Origin: Felis catus
Taxonomy: Eukaryota
DNA length: 64,000 bases
Assembly (NCBI RefSeq): GCF_018350175.1
Contig: NC_058368.1
Span: 53,260,001-53,324,000 of the forward strand
Direction: 5' to 3'
In this document: positions 38,342 to 50,137 of the stretch, one piece after another
How the letters are laid out: every line of letters begins with the position of its first letter
Position numbering within the stretch: position 1 is the stretch's first letter
Position numbers and translations under genes: made by a program
Notes under the pieces: model-generated
The model's input: only the letters and a program-made list of their open reading frames with translations
Told to the model about the DNA's origin: nothing
Databases searched by the model: none

Positions 38342-41114
38342 CTGGAAAAAGAGAAGACTATTAAAAAAACTTTGAAAATAGTAAGTAAATCTAAAAACTG
38401 AATCACACCATAAATTGATCGCCAACTTTTCTAAACATTAAAAAAAAAATCTATTTCAGAAAGGAATCAAAATCAAAGTTGAAACAAATTCCACAAAGAA
38501 TCAGCTTTGGGTTAATGATTTTAACAAAACCTCTCTGCATCATGCTTCCTTAAAACATTAAGCCACAAAGATCTCAGCACTACAGCATGTCTGTGGTCTA
38601 CAATTTCTGCTTAGGAAATGCAGTAACTGACAAAATAGTAAACTGTTATAGAAGTATGGGTAGGCAAAGTAGTTTTAAGAAATTATGAACAAATTCCAAG
38701 ACACTGTATGTAAAAATTAAAGCAAGAACAATCTTCTTAAATTTCCCAAAGATTTCAAAGTAATTGTGAGTTGGATCTACTTTCCTTAAGCTCCACATGA
38801 TAATGACTTCATTCTTTAATTAATATAGGACATAAAATTCTATACTAAACACAATGATTAACAACCAAAAATAAAAAGAACACATCAGAATGAGACAGTG
38901 CTTGGTATACAAAAGAAGACTAACTTTGGATGATGGGAAGATAAGTGGATGGATGAAATAAAGTTAATAGGGAGGAGTAATTAGAAAGAAACAAGTAATC
39001 TTAAATTGATACAAAAAAACGCAAAAAATGCTTTCAGTTACACTAAGTAATGAGTACATATTACTGATAAACTGCAAGAAAGTTATTTACCAAATTAAGA
39101 ATTTTTCTACTAACCAAGTATGACGTTTTCAATTAGAAATTACTGAGAATGGCAGTCATTTCACCAAGATTTATTTCTTTCTTAGAACTTTTAGGTAGCT
39201 AATCTGGAAGATAATCTGTCATCTGATAGGTGTATAATGATCAGAGAGAGAGAAAAAAAAAAAAAAAACTACTCTTGTCTAAAAGCCTGTATACATACCT
39301 TAGAATAACTAGCCAGTTCAGGAAGTTAACAAGAACAAGGTAGTTCCTGAGATCTGGGAAAAGGAAATTTTCCTCTCTGCCTTACACACATCATTCCCTG
39401 ATGGTTTAATCCTAGATTGAATTTTCATTTTTATTTATGGGCTTTAGAAGAGTAAGAGAAGCCCTGAGAGAAAAGACCAAAAAGTGAACTAATTTAATTA
39501 GCCAGAATTTCATGCAGCCTTTGTTTTAAAAGGCTAAAAGGGAAGGGAAGGGAAGGAAAAAAGCTTACAAATATTTATACAAATTCTAGAAGGACTAAAA
39601 CTAATTTTCTACAACTGGTTCACATCATGTGTAAGGGGAAGGAAAAAAAAGAATTGATAGATTGATGAAGTTTGTATAACACTCTAAAATAACCATTCAT
39701 ATTTCCACATATCAAACAAGCAACTGTTTTTGCTTTCTTAAGTAACCCTTAGAGTCAATGATTAGTGTTCCAAATAAGATTGGAAATACAGTTCCCATAA
39801 ACAGTTCTAGTCACAGGAAATTTCCTACATTTAAGCTCAGCCATACTTTCTACAGGTCATCAGCTAAAACACTAAAGTCTCATCTTTATAGTAAACTACT
39901 GGTTGATACACTTGATCATATTACAGTAAAACAAGAGCTATGGAATACTCTCCCATTCCTGCAACATGATTTCATTAAATGGTTGGGCATCAGTTAAATA
40001 CTAAAATTAATTTTTTAAATCTTACAATTATCCAGTAACATTTAAACAACACTGCTTAAGTAGACATAAAATATTGAGTGAAATATGTAAAATGACAACT
40101 CAACCATCCCTTGAAGTAATCCTAATCAATCTTTTAACCAATAATATATAATTTCTCTCAATGTTTTCCTGTAAGCAGTGACTACTACATTGTTCTCAAT
40201 CCTTTTTGACTTCAAATTCAGCCCAGATCTATACTAAAACAAAGAACTTGTTGGGAGAACTGTAGAATTTAAAATGTGTTTCAAGTTTTAGGTAGCATAC
40301 TGTAATAGCAAAAGTGTTTTAGCCTTTGAGTTTAGAAGCAAAAGGAAAAGTTATAGGTAGGAAAAGTCTAGTGAATTTGGAAGTTTATCTATACTTTAAA
40401 CGTTAAATGAATTTTGCACCAACCAACGGTGAGCATTTGGGAAGACTTATATATAAAACTGCACCAAGACATGTTATACAGATTATCATAACCAAATCTA
40501 AGTTGCTTCCATTGATGACAGAAATAATGGCAACAGATAGGGAGAACTGGTACAGATATATTAAACTGTTTTAGATCAAATATACCTAATATACTAATAT
40601 ACCACCAAGGAAACTGTAGATGTGCAAGGGACCTTACAGATCATCTAGTCCAAGACTTTTCATTTTACAGACAAGGAAACACTCCTGGTTGACACTTGCT
40701 TAAGGCCAGAGAGTTAATTGAGGAGCTGGGACCATAAGCTAAATCTCTTATCTGGTACTCTATGCGAGGTCATCTTTGGATATAAAGAAAATTAGTGAGA
40801 TGGACTAGATTGGTGGCTCTTGGTATTTCTATTCTTATACACTGACAGAAACCAAAAGCTGTTTTACTCCTGAAACTGACAACATTTAATACTCCAAATT
40901 ATTAATGTCTTACTTAATTGCTGCGGAAATTCCACTAAGACTACATGTGCATTCCTCCAACAGTATTTGTAACCCCACTGTTGCAATACTTAACTGTATC
41001 ACTTGTTTAGCAAAATAGTCTCAATAACGGAGAAGACCTTCAGGAGAGACTTGAAAAATTGATAAGAATTAACAAGGGTGGTAATTGTCACTCCATTATT
41101 GGAGATTTAAATAT

Positions 41115-41330
41115 GCATTCATTCGTTAATTCATCCAACAAACATCTGAGTGCCCACTATGAGCCAGGCTTTGTGATAATCACTAGAGATAAAAAGATGA
41201 ATAAGACATGGTCCCCTTCCTAGAGGAGCTTGTAATTTAGTGGGGAAGACAGACATATAAACCAGATAAATTATATTACAACATAAGTACTGTAACAGAG
41301 ATATGAACAAAGTGCTGTATTAGAAGGGAG
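41115..41330 (-). mobile_element. L2 3' end
   Basis: attcatccaacaaacatctgagtgcccactatgagccagg...gagcttgtaatttagtggggaagacagac. Confidence 0.75.
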
Positions 41331-41456
41331 TGTAAAGGTATGAACTAACTAATGACCAGGAAGTCTACTAATTTTGTGCAAGAACTACCACATTTACTGC
41401 AAACACAATCTCATGCTCAATCAATAATTAGGAAGGAGTAACAATGTAGAAGTAAA

Positions 41457-41459
41457 AAA

Positions 41460-41506
<47 letters not shown>
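41457..41506. repeat. (AAAT)n microsatellite
   Basis: About 12 units. Confidence 0.95.
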
Positions 41507-41508
<2 letters not shown>

Positions 41509-41509
41509 G

Positions 41510-41650
41510 GCACTGACATCAGAATGCCAGCATTTAAATCTAGTCCTTTCACTCACTAGCTGTGACTTTGGGCAAGTCACTCCAACTCTATTAGCCTAAG
41601 TTTCCTTATCTGTAAAATGGGAATCAGCAACTACTTCAAAGGGATATCTT
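41510..41650 (+). mobile_element. MIR
   Basis: ctagctgtgactttgggcaagtcac...agtttccttatctgtaaaatggg. Confidence 0.8.
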
Positions 41651-42599
41651 AAGTTTTAAATCACAAACATGATAGTACATACAGAGTACTAGTATTTATA
41701 AACATTAATTTTAAAAATCCAATCATTAAATACTAAGTAATATTTATAGCTAAGATCTTATTAATGAGAATAATTGTGACCCTAATGAATGTGTGTAATG
41801 TTTAATCCCCATACTTTGGGACCAAACTGAAACGCTTGTTTTCTGATTCATTCAAAGCAATATGGCTTAAGAAAACATTTTAATTTTGGGTTACTAGAGA
41901 ATTTAAGACTAGGGAAACTGATAAGCTATTTATGGATTTAAGTAAGTAGGAAGTAATTATTCTACAATAATTTTTAAAATATCAGGCTAAAATGTATTAA
42001 TCAAATTATAAAGCCAAAAATCAGCATGGAGATTTAACTGGCCTTTGAAAGATTTTCTTTCTTTATAATACCTGTTTGGTGTAAAGAGAAGAAACGTGAG
42101 CCTCTGCCAATTTGGCACCTTTCACGACTACTAAAAAGAAAAGAAAACAAACTTACCTAATGAATCAGAATAGCACATAGTCAACATACAAGAGACTACA
42201 TAAAAATATATCACAGATCTAAGTAAAGAAGTTTTTGAGTAAAGTCACTATTTTGACAAAAGAAATTGATTTTGAAATTTTAAATATTAACACGTGTACC
42301 AACTGCAAGCCCAAACATTCCTATGAAATAGCATTATCATCAGGAACACATATACAACTTTAACCCTAAGTGTGGGAGGGAAGAAAAAAAAAAAAAGAGG
42401 AAAAGCATCCATTATTTACCCCACTGACAGAAGATTATGGTGTTTGGAATTACAGTTGTGACTGTGAGGATCCCAGTATGGGAAGAAAGTGATTTTTTTT
42501 TTTTTAATGTGACATTTAATATAATCACTATAATCTCAGGAGGGGCAGGAACACTTGCAACTGAAATGATGAATTTTAAAAGATAAATAGGTAATCTCC

Positions 42600-43882
42600 C
42601 ACCCCCTCAATCTACAAAGAATGCATTTATTTCCTGAAACTGCTGTTTTATCAACTTTCAATGATCACGTTCATTTGCCAGAGAAATCCACTTAAAAATC
42701 ACAATATTGTGTCAAATGTCAAAGATTTTTATACAAAGTATAGGAAATGCACACTTAAAATATCAGACTGGAACACTTACCAAACAGTGTTTTCCTAAAG
42801 TAGTATCTATAGTACATTTCTTTATTCATACATCTTCAAATGGTCAAGTTTTCTTTCATACATCCAAAATGTAATGTGATGTTTTCTTATTCACCAAATG
42901 TTAGCTCTACTTGAAGTCTGGTTCCAAACTAATCAGCCTGCTTTTAAATTTTAAGACAGCTGTTGAAAATTTATAGGATCAAACCAAACTGAAGTGGTAT
43001 AAATTTTTAACATTGGATTGTACATTATTTGTAAAGGTACCAGTAATCATTATTAATAAGTTAGTGATTATAGCTCCTTTTGTGATAATTGGGGGGAAGG
43101 GTAGATCACCATCTGGAATGGTCTATTTATTTTAATTTTTTTTCTTTTCTTTCTTTCTTTTTTTTTTTTTTTTCTTTTTTAAAATCAAGGAACATTGTCT
43201 TGGTCTTTGTGGGGTTTTTTTTTTTTTTTTGTCATTTTCTTTTCTTCTCTTTTCTGTTCTTTTCAAGAGACCATTCCGCTTTATTTTTAACATCTGAATG
43301 TATAAGGACTCATATGCAAAGCAGTCATACACCGTTATCATTAAAACCCATATGGTAAAATACATACACAAGTCCAACAAAAGGCTAATACATAGTAAAG
43401 CCTAAGCATACTACTATGTAATATTATGAATACATAACTTGGAGACTTTAGTTAGAGTACTATGTTATCTATTCATTTTTGAAAACATTCATTAAGATTT
43501 TAAATGCAAATTCATTCCTTATTTGGAGTAAAACAAAATCCTCTAAGTTATAACAAGTATTGGTCATAAGTTTTTAGACCTATTCATTAAATTACAAAGA
43601 ACCCAAAGAATTCTGTAATGTTCAGTAGAAGTATGTAATAAAAACATTGCATATGTTTCTAGTGTGATGTCTTTAGCAATTGTTTACTGAAATAAAATGC
43701 AAACATCAATCTTTCAAAATACAGGATCAGAAGGTAGTTTTCTTCTCTTTTGTCTATTTGTGAAATCCATCTTCATCACATTTTACCAAAAAATTGTTTT
43801 TACAAATATGTAAAAGTACATTAGATAATACTAATGAAACACAGGTAGAGTTCTAGCATATGCAGATCAATGATCAGTCAAA
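42600..43882 (-). other. RBM26: RBM26 proximal 3' UTR (end uncertain)
   Basis: Follows the stop codon; U-rich on the sense strand; AATAAA at 43285-43280, 43131-43126, 42826-42821 and 42631-42626. Confidence 0.7.
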
Positions 43883-43972
43883 TCATCTTCTCCAAGAACG
43901 AGATTCATTGTCCTCTTCTTCTTCATCATCATCTTGAAGTAATGAGTCATCCACCAAAGACTCTTCCTGAAA
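43883..43972 (-). CDS. RBM26: RBM26 last coding exon, FQEESLVDDSLLQDDDEEEEDNESRSWRR*
   Basis: Acceptor aacctaaag; acidic tail ending SRSWRR, then TGA at 43885-43883. Confidence 0.96.
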   Translation of the reverse strand, partial: FQEESLVDDSLLQDDDEEEEDNESRSWRR

Positions 43973-44959
43973 CTTTAGGTTAAAATGCATTTAGGAATTT
44001 ACCCAAAAAAAAAAAGAAAAGAAAAAAGGTGACACTTTTAAATACTGATTTCTCTCAACAGAGTCGAATACAAAAGGTATTTCTATAGCTACAATATTCA
44101 AGAAACAAAGAAAAGCAACCTTTATCCACTCAATGGTTTCTCTACAATATCTATTCTACTGCTTCTATCAAACAGGCACTAAAAAAATATCTAAGTAAGC
44201 TTTTTGTACATGCCATTTCTCCTGCCTCACTCAATCAAATTATGCCATCTTCTACACCTACAAAACATTGCTCAATACCTTTTGTTGGAAAAAAAAAAAA
44301 AAAGAAAAAAGAAAAAAAAAAAGAAATAAAGAAAACATCAATAAATCTTCTCTGACTTACCCTAACCCTGGACACTAAATCAACCAATTAACTTGTAGAA
44401 AAGTCTATCAAGATTTATATTTCTTTTCTGCTATATGTAACAAACATTTCTTTTATAGAATTCCTTGCTTTTCCCCATTCCCTTCATAAAAGCTTCTCAG
44501 ACTGCTTTTCAAACTTTTCAAAATACCTAATACCAGGAGCTCTCCTGCTTTTCTCCCCATTCAATTCAAACTCATGGAAGGACAAAGGTATAATCTAAAA
44601 TATAAAATGACAAATCATGTATATGAGTTTCAAAATACACATTTTATTCTTGCATTTGACTACGGATATGTATAACAGCCTCGAATGCTCTTCAAACAAA
44701 ATGAAGTGCCATTACAAGAATCTAACAAAGGTAAAACATGGAATCAGTTCCCCACCTTACCTTTATTTATTAACTTCCTCAACTTTTTCCTACAGCTTAT
44801 TTCATGATTAAAATAGAGTTGCTTATTTTTAAGTGTATGGTTTCAAAGCGCTCTCCCATTTCATTGTTCCTTGTGCTTACACCTCTAAGCCACCATACTG
44901 ATTGCAGTACCCAAGAAAAAGGGACTCTTCCATACCTATTCCTCTTCCACACCTAAAAT

Positions 44960-45290
44960 GCCTCTCTCAACTATATTCCCAGTCCCAGCTCTTGGTTATG
45001 GAAAGCTTTCTTATCCTTCAGGGTTCAGCTCCACTGTCACCACCTTCTTCAAGATTCTTCTGGACAGAAATAATCACTCCTTCCCGTGGGTTCCCACAGC
45101 GTATTGTTCAAATCTTTATTGAGCATATCACTCTGCCTTTCATTAGAATTAATTTTTTATGTGTCTGTCACCACCCCCCTTTCCAGATTATAAGCTCCTT
45201 GAGGATAGGGACCGTGTCTTATTCATTTTTGTGCCTATCACAGTATCTACCATTTAGCAGGCATTCACTCTAATGAACTAAAACAATATG
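44960..45290 (+). mobile_element. L2 3' end in last RBM26 intron
   Basis: agattataagctccttgaggatagggaccgtgtcttattca. Confidence 0.75.
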
Positions 45291-45430
45291 AATTAAAATA
45301 AAGGAAACCTGAAATGTTAATAAAGCAAATGAGTAGGATATATACTCTAAACTTAAAATATTACAAGATTTCCTGTGGATAAAAATCTAATGAATAATTA
45401 TTGTTTTCTAAGAGTAAATGAAAACTGAGT

Positions 45431-45500
45431 ATGTGTGTGTATATGTATATATATATGTATATATGTGTGTATATATATATATATACACATATATATATAT
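45431..45500. repeat. (TG)/(TA) compound microsatellite
   Basis: Alternating purine-pyrimidine run of about 70 bp. Confidence 0.9.
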
Positions 45501-45709
45501 GATTTTCTTTTTCTTTTCTTTTTTTGGATTAGCAATCCACAGTTCTCATTAATCCAGAAAATTTAAAGTTGTCTGCATTTATCTGACATCCCCTGCCTGG
45601 AATATGGCTCAGGAATAAAAGTTTTATGTTAAAATCACAGCCATAAAATCACATTTCATAAAAAATGTGAACATTTGAGGGCAAAGACAAATTAAAAAAA
45701 AAAACATAC

Positions 45710-45823
45710 TTCCTCTTCATCAGGTTCAACTTCTTCTGTTTCAACAGCTGAAATATTAGTTATTGGTTTATTCCATGCCAGTTTTAGATCCTGCCCTTTG
45801 AAACGAGCTCCATGAACTGCAGC
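45710..45823 (-). CDS. RBM26: RBM26 penultimate coding exon, AAVHGARFKGQDLKLAWNKP...EPDEEE, 114 nt
   Basis: Acceptor ttgttttag, donor GAA|GTATGT; completes RRM2. Confidence 0.95.
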
Positions 45824-48589
45824 CTAAAACAATTAAGAACATTAGAATGTAGAACATTAATAATTTCTGAAGAAAACAATGAAATGTTACAGTACTTAAT
45901 ATTTAAATCAGTAAAACAAAAGTGAAGACAGCTATCCGTTTACTTTGTGGTTATTTCTCCATTTACTATTTATTATTATAGTTATAATTTACTTTTTATG
46001 GTTATTTACTTCTAAAATCAGTCTTGTGATTGGAAATACCTTTAAACAGAAAACAAGAACACTTTTTCATACTTCAACGGAACTACTTTACTACTGGCCA
46101 GTATCTGACTAGAGAACTATGTCTACATGTTTATAATACAATGATAACTGCTACTCAAGCAACAATCTCAAACCATTTCAAGATCTTGGCTGTAGGTTCT
46201 GAACTGAAGTCTCAATGAGAATACAAGGCTAAATGTATCTTAATGCATTTTAATTCTTGTTAATTTACAAATGACATATGTAGTAACTACAAACTGGAAA
46301 CCTTTAACAAATATAATAATTTTGCATGCGTAAAGTATCATATTATTTTAAAATTACATCAGTAGTTTAAAGTATCACATTATTTTTAAATTTACGATGT
46401 ATGACATATCACTGTTACAAAACATAAGTATCTCCATGAGAAAAGAAACCCTGAATGTTTCTATTGAAACTAAAGTACTTCCTACAAAGCTTTCAGAACT
46501 GCATAGGATATAAGTTAAACTTAGTATTTGTTACATTAAGTGGCTGGTGAAGAAATCGTCCATTCAAATTAAAGTAACATGAACTAATAATATAAATCAA
46601 TGTTAGCAACATACTGAAATAACTCATAGTCACAAAAGATTTATAGTACAACCTCAAAGTATAGCATAATGTGAAATCTAGAAACAATTACATGTTCAAT
46701 GACAACTGATCATAAGTTGTATGACATTAAAGTCTCTAGGTATAAATTTTAAATCTGCACATAAAAATCTATGATAAATTTAAAAGATTCTGTGCCTATT
46801 AAAATGCAGCTCAGGAGGAGTTTTTAGTCCATGGCTTCATCACAGTGTCACATAACTGAAAGAATTTTTAAGTACTTATATATGATATTCCACTTAACAA
46901 CTTGCAAGTTTTTAAACCTGTAACTATTACATAAAAATATACTACAGTAATATATGTACATATATATACATATATTACCGTAAGGAATTCGAATAGACTC
47001 ATGCAAAATGTCTACTCAGAAAGTCCATCTTTTCATCTAGTTAAAAAAGGCCAAAAATTTCACTGACATTTTCTATAGGTTCTTGACAAACATTTCTGAT
47101 AACCTAGTATTATAAATCTCTATATTTAGCACATACATCTTCAAATTTATAAGGTGAGTCTACAACTCTCTAAAGTTTTAATTTTAACATTTTACAGGAT
47201 GATTTTCAAAGTTAGATGTACTCAACATCTTATCAATGTTCTCCAATAGAAACTTTGAATGGAGTCCTTGCTTTGTGAAGAGGCAAATTTATTTTAGATA
47301 ATCTGCGACATAAAATCTTTAAAGTTAAAAAAAAAGTTCTGCAACCCACCCATTTTATTATTTAAAAAATTCAAAAATTTCAGGTCACATAATGTAAAAA
47401 ATTGTAATTCATGATTAATCCTTCCCAAAGAGATAACCACCATTCCATGAAGAATTTGGAAAAAAGCTCTGCAATACACTAAAAAAAGTCCTGTACACAT
47501 ACTAAAAGGGTTTGTGTATATACATATGTATGATATGCACATGGGAACATACTTTACATCATATTTAAACTAATTTCTTGAATGGAATTTTGTCATATTT
47601 GGCAAAATACTCTTTTCTCAAATGGATCTGGATTTTTGTTTATAATGCATGTTTTTACTGCTGTTGTATTTGTCATAAAGAAGCTTAAATTTTCATGTTC
47701 TGTAATTTATCTATGTTGTGCCAGTCCTTTAAAAAGCCTTTTCCACACTAGGATTATTTTCAGAGATCCCCTAGCTTTTTACTAGTCACATGTATTAAAA
47801 AAAGAAAAAAAAATTTTATTCATCTTGATTTTGATACCAAAAATAAAGACATAATAATGTACTATTTTTTTCCTAACAGTCCATTGTCCTAACACTCTTT
47901 ACAGATTATTCAGTGAATTTAAATTCCCTGACTTAAATAAAGCATTTCCTTGTAATCCTCTATAATTTTTATATATACTTATTATGTCTTTTCTAGATCA
48001 ATTTTGTCCTAGTCTCTATCCATACCATTACTATATTCTTTATTTCATAATGAATTTGGTATGCTTTTCAGAATATTTTTGGTTATTCTGACATTATTTT
48101 GTCCTATGGCCTGTGGAATCTTTTCGCCGAGTCCAGTATCATACTGTGTTACTGATGCTTAATAATATAGTATCAGCTAGATCAGTGCTTTTCATTTCTG
48201 TGGCATCTGCTTCAAGAGTTCTGCCACCATTTTATTAAAATGTACATTAAAAAATGAACTTCATAACTACTTATAAAATGTTAATAAAAAAACATGTTTA
48301 AATATATTCCAGGGGATGCTTATCTGAGCAAGGTGGCAGTGGTCATAAAGGTGGAAGTGGGGCTCAACATAAAAATATACAAAATAAGAAAGGAAAGTGG
48401 GAGCAAGTAACTTCAGAGAAAGATATGAGGAAGAGTCAGAGGAAGAAATTAAATTTGCTCATCTCAATGTAAACAGTTGATAATCCAAATGAAAAATTAC
48501 CAAAGTACCAAAGTAAAGCCAGAAGAGGAAAATATATATATAAACAAATCTTTTCTAAAGAAAAAGGTTTTAAAAAGATACATGGTCTA

Positions 48590-48790
48590 GGGGGCGCTGG
48601 GTGGCTCAGTCAGTTAAGCATCCGACTTCAGCTCAGGTGGTGATCTCGCAGTCTGTGAGTTGGAGCCCTGTGCTAACAGCTCAGAGTTTGGAGCCTGCTT
48701 CAGATTCTGTGTCTCCCTCTCTCTGCCCCTCCCCCACTCACGCAGTCTTCCTCCGTCTCTTAAAAATGAATAAACGTTAAAAAAAAAAAA
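48590..48790 (+). mobile_element. CAN-SINE in RBM26 intron (antisense to gene)
   Basis: TSD AAAAGAT(T)ACATGGTCTA. Confidence 0.92.
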
Positions 48791-49030
48791 AAAAAGATTA
48801 CATGGTCTAAAATTAGTAAACCCTGATAATTTCACAGATAAATTCTATTAAACTTTTGAGAAAATATATCTCCAATGCTACTTAAAATTAACTCAAAGCA
48901 AAAGATGGAAACTTTTCAAGTAGTTTCTATGAAGTCAGGTAAAACGGATAAATGATAAAAAATAATATCCGCTCCCCCAACCTACAAACCAATTTTACTT
49001 TTGAAAACTGAATTAAAAGTAAAAATAAAT

Positions 49031-49455
49031 ACAAGAATAAAACCTTGTCATTTGCAAAATCATGGATGAATCTGGAGACTATTATGCTAAGTCAAGTCAG
49101 AAAAAGACAAATACCACATGACTTCACTTACATACAGAATCTAAAAAAACAAAAACAAACCTCTTAAATTCAGAGAACAAACTGGTGGTTGCCAGAGTCC
49201 AGGAAAAGGGTAGGGGAATGGCGAAACACACATAGGAGATTAAAAGGTAAACTTCTGGTTAAAAATAAAAAGTCACAAAAATGAACAGTATAATACAGGA
49301 AATATTAAAACTGTAATAATGTACATGGTGATAGATGGTGACTACACTTGTGGTGAGTACTGAATAATGTAGAGAATTATCAAATCACTATGCTGTACAG
49401 CTGGAACTAATATAACACTGTATGTCAGCTATATCTCAATAATTTTTTTTAAAAA
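49031..49455 (+). mobile_element. L1MA-like 3' end
   Basis: gtcatttgca...atggatgaatctggagactattatgctaag; gtggttgccagag; tatatctcaataa tail. Confidence 0.8.
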
Positions 49456-49884
49456 GTGAAACAAAACCAAAACCAAAACCAAAAAACAAAAAACCAAAGA
49501 ACAGACTTCAGATTTCAGGGATTTATCAAAGAAACACAATACTGTGGGAATTTATACCAGAAGCAAATAGTTCAATTTTAGGAAACAATATAAATAGATG
49601 AAAGAAAACAAAAACCCTCAAATTTCTAACAAATACACAAAAGTTATGATATAAAATCTGTTTTTGATAAAAACCCAAAAATCTCTACAGCATTCAAAAA
49701 TGGGAATCATTTGCATGCTACCTTCACCTAAAATGTCAGCATCATATATATTACTAAAAGTATTAAAAATGTTTTCATTCATTTACCATTTTCATTCATT
49801 TCATGAACAAGACAACGAATGACACTTCATGAGTGAGTAAATGAGTAAATACACAACTACTACTACTGTTATTTAACATTTTTC

Positions 49885-49927
49885 TTTTTTTATTTTTTAA
49901 GGTTTTTTTTTTTAATGTTTATTTATT

Positions 49928-49975
<48 letters not shown>

Positions 49976-50137
49976 CGCAGGAGAGGGACAGAGAGAGAGA
50001 AGACACAAAATCCGAAGCAGGCTCCAGGCTCTGAGCTGTCAGCACAGAGCCCAACGCAGGGCTCAAACTCACGAACTGTGAGATTATGACCTGAACTGAA
50101 GTCAGACACTTAACCAACTGAGCCACCCAGGTGGCCC
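49885..50137 (-). mobile_element. CAN-SINE in RBM26 intron with expanded (GA)n
   Basis: (GA)n at 49931-49969; TAACATTTTTCT on both flanks. Confidence 0.92.

Noticed and set aside
38197..38406. 69-aa ORF overlapping the distal acceptor
   Set aside because: It is in a different frame from the phase-0 splice and runs through the pyrimidine tract; there is no coding evidence.
43089..43380. Poly-Phe and poly-Lys ORFs
   Set aside because: Low-complexity translations of the A/T tracts in the 3' UTR.
43973..45709. Last RBM26 intron as a U12-type intron (TTTTAAC close to the AG, poor pyrimidine tract)
   Set aside because: The donor is GTATGT, not the U12 consensus GTATCCTT.
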